DNA from: Bilabrum cf. latius
Lineage: Eukaryota
Direction: 5' to 3'
Length of the DNA stretch: 64,000 nucleotides
NCBI GenBank assembly: GCA_965178125.1
Contig: OZ237743.1
Span: forward strand, 186,001-250,000
Shown: positions 50,461 to 62,623 of the stretch, in pieces
Layout: the number at the start of each line of letters is the position of its first letter
How positions within the stretch are numbered: the stretch's first letter is position 1
Notes under the pieces: model-generated
Database searches by the model: none
What the model saw: the letters and a program-made list of their open reading frames with translations, nothing else
What the model was told of the DNA's origin: nothing
Made by a program: the position numbers and the translations under genes

Positions 50461-51702
50461 ATGACATTCGCTTTCTTTGCATTTGCCTCGCCATTGGTGC
50501 TCGCATCACTTCTGGCCTCTTGGGCAAACGCCGACGCATTCGTGAACGTATCCGGCAGCCCTGTGCTTGTTTGGAGAGGTGGAACGAGCCCCGGATCGTG
50601 CGATCCATTTGCAATACCGGATGCCCCAGCTCGTGCGTGGCGCACCAAGGACGGGCAGGTAACTTTGGTAGCGACATGGGCGACGGCTCGCGCAGCTCGG
50701 GGTGCTTCCCTGCAAGCTGTCGAAAAGCAGTGTGATGTTCTGTTCAACAGCACCTTCAGTGGCTAGAATAGCCTGTACATTGACCATGAGTGGTTGCTTG
50801 CCCCGTGGATCCTTCCGAATCAGACAGTTATGGGATACATGCACCAGGAGTACCACGGCTGGCAGCACAACAACTGCTCCGTACCACAAAAAGACGTAAA
50901 TGCCGATTGCTGGATGGTAGCAATGACCTCAACCGTGTCCCACGATGGAGGCAAGACGTTCCAGCACACCGCCGCCCCGCCCGGACACCTGGCCGTGTCA
51001 GCACCATACCAGTATGCCCCAGACAAGTCCGAATTCGGGTACGGAGACCCGTCGGGGATCGTGCAGTCTCCCAAGGACGGGATGTACTACATGATGGTGC
51101 ACCAGAGGCGGCCGTTTGGACAGATGCAGGCGGGTACCTGCCTGCTACAGAGCGCCGACGTGTCTAACCACAGGGGCTGGCGCGGCTGGAACGGGACCGG
51201 CTTCGGATCAGGCTCCTTTGGAGGAAGAGAAGAGTCACCGCTGGCAGAATTTCCCGTGAGATTTGAAGACCCGTACGCTGCGGGGTTCGATCCCGCTACA
51301 GCTGCCCAGCACGCGTGCGCGCCCGTGACGAGCATGAAGTTCACGCTGCTCTCACTCAAGTGGTCGACTTACTTCGACCGATTCATCGGGGTCGGGCAAG
51401 GGCAGCTGCAGGGAAAAAAGGGTGTGTGGTACCAGTTCAGTCTCACTGACGATCTACTGCACTGGGACGACCCCCTGCCCATCCGGCCAAAGCTGCAGAA
51501 CTCGACTGGGGGTGCTATCTTCGAGGAGAACTACGCCTCCGTACTGGACCCCGCGAGCGATGACCCTAACTTTAACACGGTCGGCGAGACCGCCCTCTTT
51601 TACTACACGTCCCAGCAGCACGGTCCGGGGGAGCAGTGCACTCAGCCGGGGTGCAGGGACCTGTACTACGAGCCCATCCGGTTCGGTGGCAAAGAGACGT
51701 GA
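50461..51702 (+). CDS. Secreted Asp-box (BNR)-containing protein, probable beta-propeller/glycosidase-like (~413 aa)
   Basis: Signal peptide MTFAFFAFASPLVLASLLASWANA; Asp-box SHDGGKTF; one in-frame TAG at 50764; TGA stop. Confidence 0.75.
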
Positions 51703-51889
51703 TGGGGGGACTGCCTGGGTAGGGTGCGCACAGCGCAGTGACAAATTGGCTTATCATGGTTGCATGGTGTTGTGCAAAGTGCATTTTCTGAAGTGGTGCT
51801 CGTCACATGACCACGTCACGGTGCGCGATAGCGAGTGACCTTCTCTGTCGACATTGAGCACCCCATACGATGTCCATCTGTGCCTTTGT

Positions 51890-53926
51890 ATGTTAAGAGG
51901 GTTCAAAACTAATAGGGCTCGCGTCTCCTCAGCGCTGACTGGCCTTTTTCGGCCTCGGTTGCCTGCATCAGGCAGGCCGCTGGGTACCCTGGCTTGTGCC
52001 GAATCTCGTCGCCAGTAGTGGCGCACAAGTACCCCATGGGCAGCCAGTGCTGCGGCTGTACTAGCCGGTGTCGCTGTTATTAAAAATCAGCTGAATGACA
52101 GCACGGAAACCCGCCAAACTAATGCTATTCGAAGCGATACGGAGATTCAGAGTGTTTTGCCAGACGTTGATAGCGAAATCGAGCCTGGTGGCGAGCAGCC
52201 TGAGCAACCGCGACTCCCTGTGGAGCCAACAACAGTATGGTCGTCCTTGAGATTGGCGGGCCGGGTCGTCGAGCTCGCTGCTCTTGGCACCCCGCTGGCA
52301 ATCGTGCTTCCATACCGCGCGATTCGGTACGCCGCCACCGGAGATCATCGACACGCAAGCGCAGCCTACAAATGGATAGGTTGGTTTTTGGAAAGCGCGG
52401 GATGTGCATTTGCCAAGGGTGCACAGTGGGCGTCAATGCGTGAAGACTTATTTCCCAGAGATCTCTGCGTGGAGCTCCGGCAGCTTCGGGACGATACGGC
52501 ACAGCACCCCTTCGAGCATACAAAGCGAGAAATTGAGAGCGCGGCGGGGAAGAAACTCAGCGAGATATTCCTCGACATCGACACGGAGCCAGTTGCATCC
52601 GGCAGCGTGGCCCAGGTGCACAAGGCGACCCTCCGCCCGGACGTGTCACCAGATGGGACTGCCAGGCAGGTGGCAGTGAAGGTTCGGCATCCAGGAGTGA
52701 AGCGAGTGCTCCAGCAAGACCTGGACCTTGCCGCCGGTGCCCTGGACATCATTCGGATGGTCCCAGGTCTGGACCAGCTGGCCCCTCCCGTGGCCCTCGA
52801 TGAATTCAGCGCTGTCCTGAGGAGGCAGGCCGACCTTCGATTGGAGGCAGCGAACCTTCGGTCCTTCGCGAGGAACTTCCGCAACCGGGACCACCTGCAC
52901 GTGCGGTTCCCGCGCCCCGTGGAGGGCATGGTGAGCGAGGCTGTGCTGGTGGAGACGTGGGAGACCGGGGTCAGCATCCAGGACTACGTGGACGTCTCGA
53001 GCCGGTTCAACGTTGGGCTGGCATCGAGGGGATACGACATTTTCCTGAGCATGCTGCTGCTCGACAACTGCATGCACGGGGACACCCACTCGGGGAACAT
53101 ATTCGTCAGGCTGAGAGACCGCGAGACGGGTGGAGTGGTGGACTGGAGACCCGTGGAAGCCACCCGAGCGCCTGCCGGGAGTACTGCTGGTAGTGAGCAA
53201 CGGAGCGGTGAGGCAAGCGACGGGCAGGCGGGCATTGGCAGCGGGCGTGGTGCCACCAGCCAGAACGTGTAGGATGCGACCTGGACCAACGACAACCGCA
53301 ATGCGCTGCACTGGGCCTGGGACACGTGGCACTCCTGGTGGCGCGGGGACGATTCCGCCAGCCGTCTGGTGGCCGAGATGGTCGTGCTGGACGCGGGCCT
53401 CGTCACCTCGCTGTCCAGGGACGGCAGGCACCATCTCAGGCAGCTGCTGCTGCACATCTTCCTCGCGGATGGAGCGGCGGCCGCGGACCAGTTCATTCAG
53501 CTGTCGGGCGGGATCTGCGCCGACGCCCCAGGATTCCGCCGCGACATGGACATATTGTTCGCGAATACCTGCGGGAGCAAGGTGATGCGCGGGGCCACCA
53601 ACGTGGGTCAGCTCATCCGGGAGATGATCGCGCTCGTGAACGCGTACTCCATGAAGCTCGAGAGCGAGTTCGCGAATGTGGTGGTGAGCTTGGCCACCCT
53701 GGAGGGATTGGCCCGCTCGCTGGACCCTGAGATCGACGTAATTCGCAGGCTCGGGCCCTTTGTGGCGAGAGAGATCACGGGGGTGGTCTAGTCGGCCGTG
53801 CGGGAGGACTTGGGCATCCGATCGGTGGAGGACCTGTCTCCCGCGGCCACGCTGGCTCGGGTGTTTGGCGGCGTGTTTCGGAGAGTACCGGAGATTGCCA
53901 CCGGCTTCTGGGGGGCTGAGGGGTGA
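51890..53926 (+). CDS. ABC1/AarF atypical kinase (ADCK2-like), probably mitochondrial (~678 aa)
   Basis: KGAQWASMREDLFP, ASGSVAQVHKA, VAVKVRHPGV, DLRLEAANL, HGDTHSGNI, LDAGL and TLEGLARSLDP. TAG 53270 lies between the catalytic HGD motif and the DxG motif; further TAGs at 52016 and 53789; TGA stop. Confidence 0.9.
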
Positions 53927-53990
53927 CACAAGTGGATAATGAGTGCCAGTGGGGAGCCAAAAAAAGAAAACAGATCTGGATGCTGAGTCT

Positions 53991-56400
53991 TCAGATATGG
54001 AGCATTTCCACGACCAGTCCTGCCATGGTGCTTGCCACGCCATAATCTGCAGCCTGAAGCATTCTCAGCGGTTCCACTGCACCCGCGTCCACCACGGCCT
54101 GCTTGCGATCATGCGATCCTACAGCGATGCTCCGAAGCGCCGCAGCCGCGCTCTCTGCTTCCTTGCCCTTCCGCGACCCCAGCAGGCCCACCAGCCCTGC
54201 CAACGCACCCGCGTCCACCATGGCCTGCTTGCGATCATGCGATCCTACAGCGATGTTCCGAAGCGCCGCAGCCGCGCTCTCTGCTTCCTTGCCCTTCCGC
54301 GACCCCAGCAGACCCACCAGCCCTGCCAACGCACCCGCGTCCACCACGGCCTGCCTCAAAGCATCCGATCCTACAGCGATGTTCCGAAGCGCCGCAGCCG
54401 CGCTCTCTGCTTCCGTGCCCTTCCGCGACCCCAGCAGGCCCACCAGCCCTGCCAACGCCACCCGCGTCCACCATGGCCTGCCTCAAAGCATCCGGTCCTG
54501 CAGTAATGCTCCGAAGCGCCGCAGCCGCGCTCTCTGCTTCCTCGCCCTATCGCGACCCCAGCAGGCCCACCAGCCCTGCCAACGCACCCGCGTCCACCAC
54601 GGCCTGCTTGCGATCATGCGATCCTACAGCGATGTTCCGAAGCGCCGCAGCCGCGCTCTCTGCTTCCGTGCCCTTCCGCGACCCCAGCAGGCCCACCAGC
54701 CCTGCCAACGCACCTGCTTTTACAAACCTACATCGTGCTGCATCGTTGCTACTACATACCCATCAAACTACGACTGCCGCTACCTCCGCATCCATTCCAA
54801 GTTCTGACGCAAGGCTACTCACGATCCTATCAACTTCGTCCACACTTGACATGACGTGATCAGAGACCACGAGCTAGGTGTCAGTATACAGTTGTCTCGT
54901 TGCAGCTGGGAGGCCAGGAATTGAACGGATGCCTGACTGCTTCTGCAGCTGCCACAGCACCCGATACACCCCATCCCAGTCCCCCCTCCTCACCAGCCCA
55001 TCCACCGTCTCCTTCACCCGGAGCACAGCTGACTCGTGCCCGGCCCCGCCAGCCATCATCACCGGAATATACACGTCAAGATCAGATATGCTTCCATCGG
55101 ATGCAGCTGAAGGCCCACTTGATTTAAGCGCACGGACTGCCTCATGAACACTCATCCTGTCTCCAGGGTCTACGAGCAGCAGGTCACGAACCAGTCCTGC
55201 ATACCATCCTGGACGTGCTGATAGCACATCGTGACCCACCATTGGAGACTCGCATGCACCCAGTGCAGCTACCAGCTCCCCAGGCCTCGTTTTGCTCCCG
55301 TCCTGCAGCTCGCCAGGATACTAGTCGCCGAACGGGTGCTGCCCTCCCGTGGCCAGCTCGTACAAAAGGACTCCCAACTCCCACGATGCCTGCTTCCCAA
55401 ATGGCACACTCGTATCCATGTCCCCCGCGACTCCCTTGTTCCACCCGTCCAGCACCTCAGGGGCCAGGTGGGCCTGATTGCCGCCCAGCCCATCACCGCC
55501 ATCCTTCAGGTACCGGTACGTGACTCGATCCAGTGCCTCCAACACGCCAGACCCAGGCACGCGGTCACTTGCACCTGCAGCTGTGGCACCGGCAGGATCC
55601 ACAGCAGGTGATGCCTGTGCTCGATCCACGTGCACACGTAGCGAGCACCCCAGATCAATCAGCACTGCTCGCCCCACGCCCTCCGGACCCCCCTTCGAGT
55701 CCCACATCACGTTGTCCAGCTTCAGGTCACGGTGCACCACCCCGTGCTGCAGCAGGTGATGCACGCCCTCCGCGATGTCCCTAGACAGCTGAACAAGCAC
55801 ATCGTCGGGCATGGACCCCGGCTCATCATCTTCCAGCACCTCCAAGTGGTCGCACATCCGCCGCTGCAGCAGCTCCATGCCTACCATCTAGGCCTTGCGG
55901 GGCCGCAAGGGAACGGCACCAGCGGACGGCACGCCCTCCTCCCCGCCGGCAGTGGCTGCAGCAGCGTCATCGCCGATGTCGATGCACACCAAGCTCGGGT
56001 CCGGCAACATCGACACCATCCACATGGGAGGCTTACACACGCACTCGAACACCACCCGCGCCAGGTTGCGTTGCTCGGGCAGGCGAGCGAGCACGTCAAA
56101 CTCTTTTTGGGAGTCGATGGTTTCGAGCTTGGATGTGGACAGGCCCCAGTTAAAAACAGTCTTCACTGCGATGTAATCAGCAGCAGCAGCAGCAGTAGCA
56201 TCGTTCGCTTCTGGATTAGCTGCGTCTCCCATGATTGCGACGCGAAAGTTGGATCGCTTGCACCGGCGCCGCTTGCAGGGCCACATGCCGACATAGTTTG
56301 GCTCAAATATACCAATGTTACAGAACACGAGTCGATCAATGGTTCCCCAGTCTGTGAGAAGCCACTTTCCATTGCTGGATCGTAAAACAGAATGGATTGA
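53991..56400 (-). pseudogene. PINK1-like Ser/Thr kinase fused to five armadillo repeats; probably damaged
   Basis: AVKTVFNWG, VHRDLKLDNV, IDLG, GGNQAHLAPEV and WELGVLLYEL...HPF, joined through TAGs 55888, 55321 and 54874. There is an in-frame TGA at 54763-54765, a 1-nt insertion near 54459 in ARM copy 4 (counting along the + strand), and an apparent frameshift near the N-terminus. Confidence 0.65.
54079..54714 (-). repeat. 5 x 126-bp near-identical armadillo-encoding repeats
   Basis: Units start at 54079, 54205, 54331, 54457 and 54584 (AGALAGLVGLLGSRKGKEAESAAAALRNIAVGSHDRKQAVVD). Confidence 0.9.
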
Positions 56401-56441
56401 AATGGCACGTCACAAATGTCGATTTGGACACGTTTCAGAAT

Positions 56442-59400
56442 TCAACTTGTTTCCTCTCTGTGACTACCCAGAGGGTCCTCCTGCGCCACCGAGGGATCTA
56501 CATTCTCGAGCATGCCGAGGTACACCTCCACCTGGGTCCTGAGCTGCAGGCTGGCGTCAGGCAGGGGGATACCCTCCGCAGGCGACAGAGGGCCCAGCAA
56601 CTCGCCATTCGGAGCCATCATCTGCTCCATCTGCTTGTCCTCGCTGCGGCGGCTCGACAGCAGAAGGGACTCGAGCGTGTCCGGCGGCAGGCCCATGGCA
56701 AGCACAGACCGCCCGGAAGCGAACCCCCTGACCGCCTCGTTCATCACCTCGTGCGCTCGCCTGTCGGTCTCCTCCGACCTGACGGTGCTACGCAGGGCCT
56801 CTTCTAGCTTTGTGTCGCGCCTGTGCATGCGGTTGTGCATCTTGCTCTGCCCGATCGGGCCCTGCTCCTGCAGCAGCTGCTGCCCCCTCTAGTCCTGCTC
56901 CTGCACCGTCGCACCACCATCGACCCAGCCTCCGCCCCATTGTCCCTACTGCAAGAGCTGCTGCCCATCTTCCAGCGGGCTGTCTTCCGAGGAGCCTCCT
57001 TCAATCGAGCCACCCTCATCGTCTCCAGAAGACTTCTCTTCGCCCTGATTCTGCTCCGTCTGGTTATCCTCCTCGCTGCCCTGGCTCTCTTCCCGCTGCT
57101 TCTGCTGCTGCAAGTACCCCTAAGACGGCAGCATCAAGTCCACGGGTAGATCTGCGTGCATCGTGTACCTAGTCTGGTGCGTCAGCATCATGGCCTGGCC
57201 CAGTGCCAAGTCCACGCTTGCCACCTGCTCACGGTGCACTGCCCCGCCCAACTGAACGAAGGACTGCGAGCCCCGCACACCGGGTATGATCGAATCGGGG
57301 TCGCTGGACTCCACCACGACCGCCGCGCTTCCTACGGCTGGCGGGGCCTGCGGTCCCGCGGGGATGTGAGGCTCCCATCGGGCGCTGAGCGTGAAGCCCT
57401 CTGGCTGTACCGGCTGTGTGCCAGGCACATACGTCCACGGTGCTTTGTCGATGGCATCTTGGCGAGACTGCGCGCTGCCCTTGGAGCTCCCTTCGGTGGC
57501 TGGCTCGACCACAAGCACGACCTCGTCGCTCAGGATGCTCTGCTGGTTGGCCCCACCTCGGATCAAGACCTGCTGCGCGGGGAGCTGCGGGACACCGTAC
57601 AGCGCATCGGCGTGCACCGCGCCCGTGTCCTCGCCTTCCTCCATGCTGTCCTCGCCCTCCTCCTCCCCGTCTCCCTGCGAGGAGAGTCTCAGCCCGTACG
57701 CATCCATGCACATCTCCTCGTACCTGCTCCCGTCTTCGAACCCAGGGCCGGGGACCAGCTCGTCGCGGTCGTACCCGAGAGTGGTCGCCAAGGCAGGTGG
57801 GGTGCCTGGGGGCGGCTGGCCATGGGCAGATGCGCCAGCCTGCAGCAAGGCAAACCCAGGCACCACTGTCTGTGTCCCGCCAGGCGAGCTAGCTCCCCCT
57901 ATGCCCCCCATGCCACCCCCATTGCCTCCCCCCATGCCAGCCAAAGCACCCGCACCCGCACCCGCACCCGCACCCGCACCCGCACCCGCACCCGCACCCG
58001 CACCCGCACCCGCACCCGCACCCGCACCCGCACCCGCACCCGCACCCGCACTCGCACCGCCGTTTCCAGCCCCAGCAGACACTCCCGCCCCCCCACCCAA
58101 CGACTGCAGCCCGCCGGCCTCCCTTTTGGCGAGCTCGATCGCTTTCACCTTGGACTTGATCTCCTCATAGAGGACCTGCTGCGTGGCCTTGTACTCGGGC
58201 GTGCCGAGTTTCGATGCGAGCCCGCCGGCCTGGTCGAGGGCGTCAAAGATGTCACCGGGGTCACCGTTGTAAGCCTGTAGATTCGCCAGAGGCATGGGCG
58301 GTGTGGGCGCGGTGGTCATCGCCAGAGCGAGACCAAGCCAGCGGCCTCGCGGCGGTGCCCCGGTGGGCCTCAGCTCCTCCCACTTGGCCGTCGTGACCTG
58401 CAGCGCCCAGACGTCGTTCATCGCGAGCAGCTCAGGTGAGCAGCCCCCGAAGACGACCATGTACTCGTCACCGCCGAAGCCGCCCGGCCTGACCATGGCG
58501 GCCGAGTGCATCCAGCGGGGCGGGGGCACCAGCTGCACCCCGCCGGCCCCGCCCTTCTTCTGCGTCCCTTGGCCTGTTCCTCCCTGCTGCGTGGAAGTTG
58601 GAGCGCCACCCTTCTGCTGCTTCTGCATCGCATCCGCCTGCGCCTGCATCACCTCCTCGTCTGTGGGCGGCCCCGCCAGGAGGTACCATTTCGGTGTCGG
58701 CGTTGGGATGAAGGCAAGCGTCTCCTGCATGGTGCGGATGGAGCTGGACCCAGGCCCGATCCCGCCGTGCACCAGCATCACCTGGTCCTTGGGCGCCCCA
58801 GCGATCCCAATGTCGGGGAACGTGCGCAGGCCAACGTCCTTGGCCTCCGTGCCTAGGCCGATGCCCTGCACCGGTGGGACGGGCTTCAGCTCCTAGGCAG
58901 CCGAGGGCAGCTTCGTGCGGGCAGTGACTGCCGAGTGCCCTTCCCTAGGGAGCACCTCGGGCGAGAAGGGGAGCATACCCAGCAAGGGGTTGCTCGGGCC
59001 GGTGTTTCCCGGCATGTCCCCGCTGGCACCGCCACCGCTCGATCCCTGGGACCCGCCCTTGCCCTGATCCTTGCCCTGTGCACCACCCTCTTCCTGCGGC
59101 GGCCAAGTGTCCCCCGGCCCCAGGTCCCCGTTGGCCCTCTTGTTCTGTAGTTCCTCGAGCTGATCCAGAGTCAGGCCCACGCTCAGCTGAGGAATCCCAG
59201 TCTCGGGACTCACGAAGGCGTACACAGCGGGCGGGCATGCCCACAGGCAGTACCAGCGCTCGTTACCGGGAGTAGGGTCATAGAACCACGCATCGCCCAG
59301 CAGCTCCCACCCCCTGGATACCCCGCCAAACACCACCATGCCCCCGTTGAGACCAGCCGCGGAGTGCAGCCAACGGGGAGCGGGTTTCGAGATGGGTGCC

Positions 59401-61777
59401 TGGTGGTCCTCTGGGGTGTTGCCCGTGCTGGGCAGCCAGGGAGCCATGGCACCCTGCACGTGAGGCACAGCGTCGTTCGTGCCCCGAGGGTCCTCAGGAA
59501 CACGGGCGCTACCTCGCAGTCCGCCCCTTGTCTCCGCCTGGGAGGAGGCAAACCTAAGGGGGTCAGAGCCGGCCTCCTCTTTCTAGGTTGCGTCGGACAT
59601 GGGCGGTTCACCTGCTGCACTCTCAAGGTATGGCTCCATGGCGCGCGTTTGCATCAATCCAAGAAGCCCTGCCTGCAGGTGATCGGGCACCGGCGATGAG
59701 TCTAGCTGCATCAACTTCGGCCCACCATTGCCACCGCCACCGCCACCGCCACCGCCACCGCCACCGCCACCGCCACCGCCACCGCCACCGCCACCGCCAC
59801 CGCCACCGCCACCGCCACCGCCACCGCCACCCTTGGACGGCGATGGCTTGAGCGCCTTCTGCTTGTACCCCTGCATGAGCTCAGAGGATTCCTCGCCTTG
59901 CTGCTGCTTCTGCTCCCGCTCCTGCTTTTGCGATTCTGTGGCCACTTTCTGGGTGACCTGGTCCAAGGCATCTCGCCTTTTCTCAACGTCTTCGAAGCTG
60001 CCGCACAGCATCTGGCGCGCCCACTTGGCCTGGTCCGCAACTTCCCTAGAGCTGACCGGCTGCTCCCACCTGAGCTCATCCAAACGGAACGACCAGAGCG
60101 CGTCAGCTGATGCAGGCACGGGCCATGCGAGCTGGGGAGACCTTGGGGTGGGTACTCCGGTTGACCTGTCCAGAACCGCGACGTGCTGCGGGACCGGCGG
60201 ACCAGCCACATCGGCTTGTGCTAGCGGTGGCTGGGCGCTTGACCCAGTCATCGAGCCTGATCCCGACTGGGCTCGTGACCTAGAAGCCGAAGCAGACCGT
60301 GCTGCGCTCTGCATCAGCGATGACAGTCGCTGCTTCTTGTGCTCACTTGCTGCGTCACCGTGCTGGCTGCGGGCTGCACCCCTGAGTCGGGCCTCAGCAG
60401 CGCCGTCCCGGTCTAGGGCACTATTATCGGCGCCATCCTGAGGGCACTCCGCGCTGTCATCGATCGCTGATTGGCCCGACTCGAACGATGCATGGTTGTA
60501 GGATTCTACGGATCCATCCCCGAGAGGGTGCCTCGTGTCCAAGCCATCCAGCCCGTGCATCACCGCGGCGTGAAGCTCATGGCCGCTCTTGCCCCCCAGC
60601 TGTGCAAGCAGCGTGGGTTGACGGCTCTCGCTAGAACTGGCCGATGACGAGGAGGAGGAGGACCCCCCCCCTCCTCCCGACCCCTGAATGGCGGTGGGGT
60701 CGAATAGATTGAGCTGGCTGGGCTGAACCACCGACCTAAGGGTCGTGCTCTGTGGCACGACGGGCTGCAGATTGCTGCTTCCGGGCATCCGCATGCCCTG
60801 TCTGAACGCGGCCTCGACTCTGCCACGCGCTCGATCAGAGCCGGCTTGGATCGAACCTGAGTGCGATGGGTCTGTGAGCCGCATGGGGTCCGCAGGGGGC
60901 GGCGGCATCCCTCCGGGCCTGGCGTGCGCTACAGAGGCCACTGCAGGCTGACAGTGCTGCAGCGTGGGTCGCAGTAGCTTGCAGTGGCCCTGTCGGCACG
61001 TGTGGACATCCATCGTGACGACCGGTGCCGCATCCGAAGCGGCGTCGCTGCTTGCCGCCCCCGCCGGCGTCGAGGCAGCTCTGTCTTGAGTAAAAAGATG
61101 GCTATCGGCATTAGTTAGACCCCCGAACACGAGGATCTGGCCTGCTACGGTGACTGCCGTGTGATACTACCTGGGCCTCGGCTGCGGGCAAGTCATGGGA
61201 AACTTGGAATTGCCTGCGCAGCGAAGAGAGGGCAGGACCAATAACAGGGCGATTCACTCGATGACAATAATATGCTTCGAGAACTGCGAAAATATAGACG
61301 CCAAGACTCACCTTTGGGCGGCGCTTTCGAGACTTCACTCCCAGATGCAACCGACCAACCTTCATCCACAGGTACCTCCCCTATTCGTCTCAAAACGTCG
61401 TCGGGAACCTAGTCGGTCGACCTTTGATACGATGGGCCCAATAATTTCTTCATTCTGTGCATGCGCCTCAACATGTCAGAGTTGGGCCCGAGCGGTGCCT
61501 GACTGTCGTACCTAGGAGGCCGAACGTTTGGTGCGCTCTTCTGGACGGAGTACGGTACACCACCACCTCCATTACTGGGTACAGAGTCCATACTATGCGA
61601 AGAGCTTTGCAACAATGACTGCTCTACCTGGCGCGGGGGCTGGGGTGCCGAAGCTGGAGACCAGTCCGTCAACCTGTCGACTGCAGTCCCTTCACTGAGT
61701 TTCTTCCCGGAATTCGCGCGCAATCCGGAGCAAATCTATACCAATATACAGCATACGAATACCAAGAGCGGTATCAT
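56442..61777 (-). CDS. Secreted kelch-repeat protein with poly-Gly and Gly-Ala tracts (~1,745 aa); exons 61777-61312 and 61213-56442
   Basis: Signal peptide MIPLLVFVCCILV*ICSG; 98-nt GTGAGT...GCAG phase-1 intron; kelch motifs PRPR*YHTAVTVAGQILVFGG, PAPRWLHSAAGLNGGMVVFGG and PPPRWMHSAA...VVFGG; eight in-frame TAGs; TGA stop. Confidence 0.82.
57946..58058. repeat. (GCACCC)n microsatellite encoding a Gly-Ala tract in the kelch protein
   Basis: Direct observation. Confidence 0.9.
59729..59831. repeat. (CCACCG)n microsatellite encoding poly-Gly in the kelch protein
   Basis: Direct observation. Confidence 0.9.
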
Positions 61778-61924
61778 CACTCAGGGTTGCCCCTGGATCA
61801 CGTATATGTCACGCCGGCTCAATTTATATCGTACTACTGAATAACAACACGTTATTATACGATAGAACGTTCGCTTCGAATGATGAAGAAATACAAAAAA
61901 AAATCAGCTCCTAGTGTTGACAAA

Positions 61925-62537
61925 ATGGTAAGAATGCTTCGTATTTCGTGCCAATCTAGTTTTTAATGCCTAATGTTGGTCCTTATGCCTGAATGTATCG
62001 TTTTTGATTCATGGAATTCCCACGTTTTGGTTGCAGGGAAATCGAGCGATGAAGCAGGCGCTGCAACGATCCAAGGATTGGATGATGCTGCTCTTACCGG
62101 GCCCAATTTCTACTGCAATCATCAGTGCCGTTATCATGTTTTTTGCTAGGTTCAGAGAGCCGGGTTGGCTCGATTACACTGGATGGGCAATGAATGTTGG
62201 GCTGCTGTGCCTGACCCTCTGGCAAGGGTGGGAAGCAGCCAAGGACTCAAACAAAGACAAGCGCGACAAGTCATTCAATTCGATTATTGGGCAGGTTGCT
62301 GCCGGGTGCGGTGCGTTTTTGATCGCTATGTTCACGCAGTTGGGCTGGCTGCTCATTCTGGTCATGGTTGGGGAGCATGCGTATGAGTTGTATCTCGCAT
62401 TGGCCCCCTTGCTTGGGGCCATGCAATAGGCTGGTACGGCTGCCTCAAGCGGTGAAGATGGCGGAGACGACGCCGGGAAAGGCAGCGGTGGACGCAAGCC
62501 TGGCAAGAAAGCCAGGGGGAGCAAGAAAAACCGATGA
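61925..62537 (+). CDS. Multi-pass membrane protein, SND2/TMEM208-like (tentative); exons 61925-61927 and 62037-62537
   Basis: ATG is followed by a GTAAGA...TTGCAG intron (109 nt); M-GNRAMKQALQR..., several TM segments and a basic C-terminal tail. TAG 62427 (CAA TAG); TGA stop. Confidence 0.6.
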
Positions 62538-62623
62538 CTCTGAATTTCCATGCACTTGCAGACAAACAATGTATCATTTTATCAATTTTTGCATTGTTCT
62601 GCGGCCACTGAATGTGGCTTACA

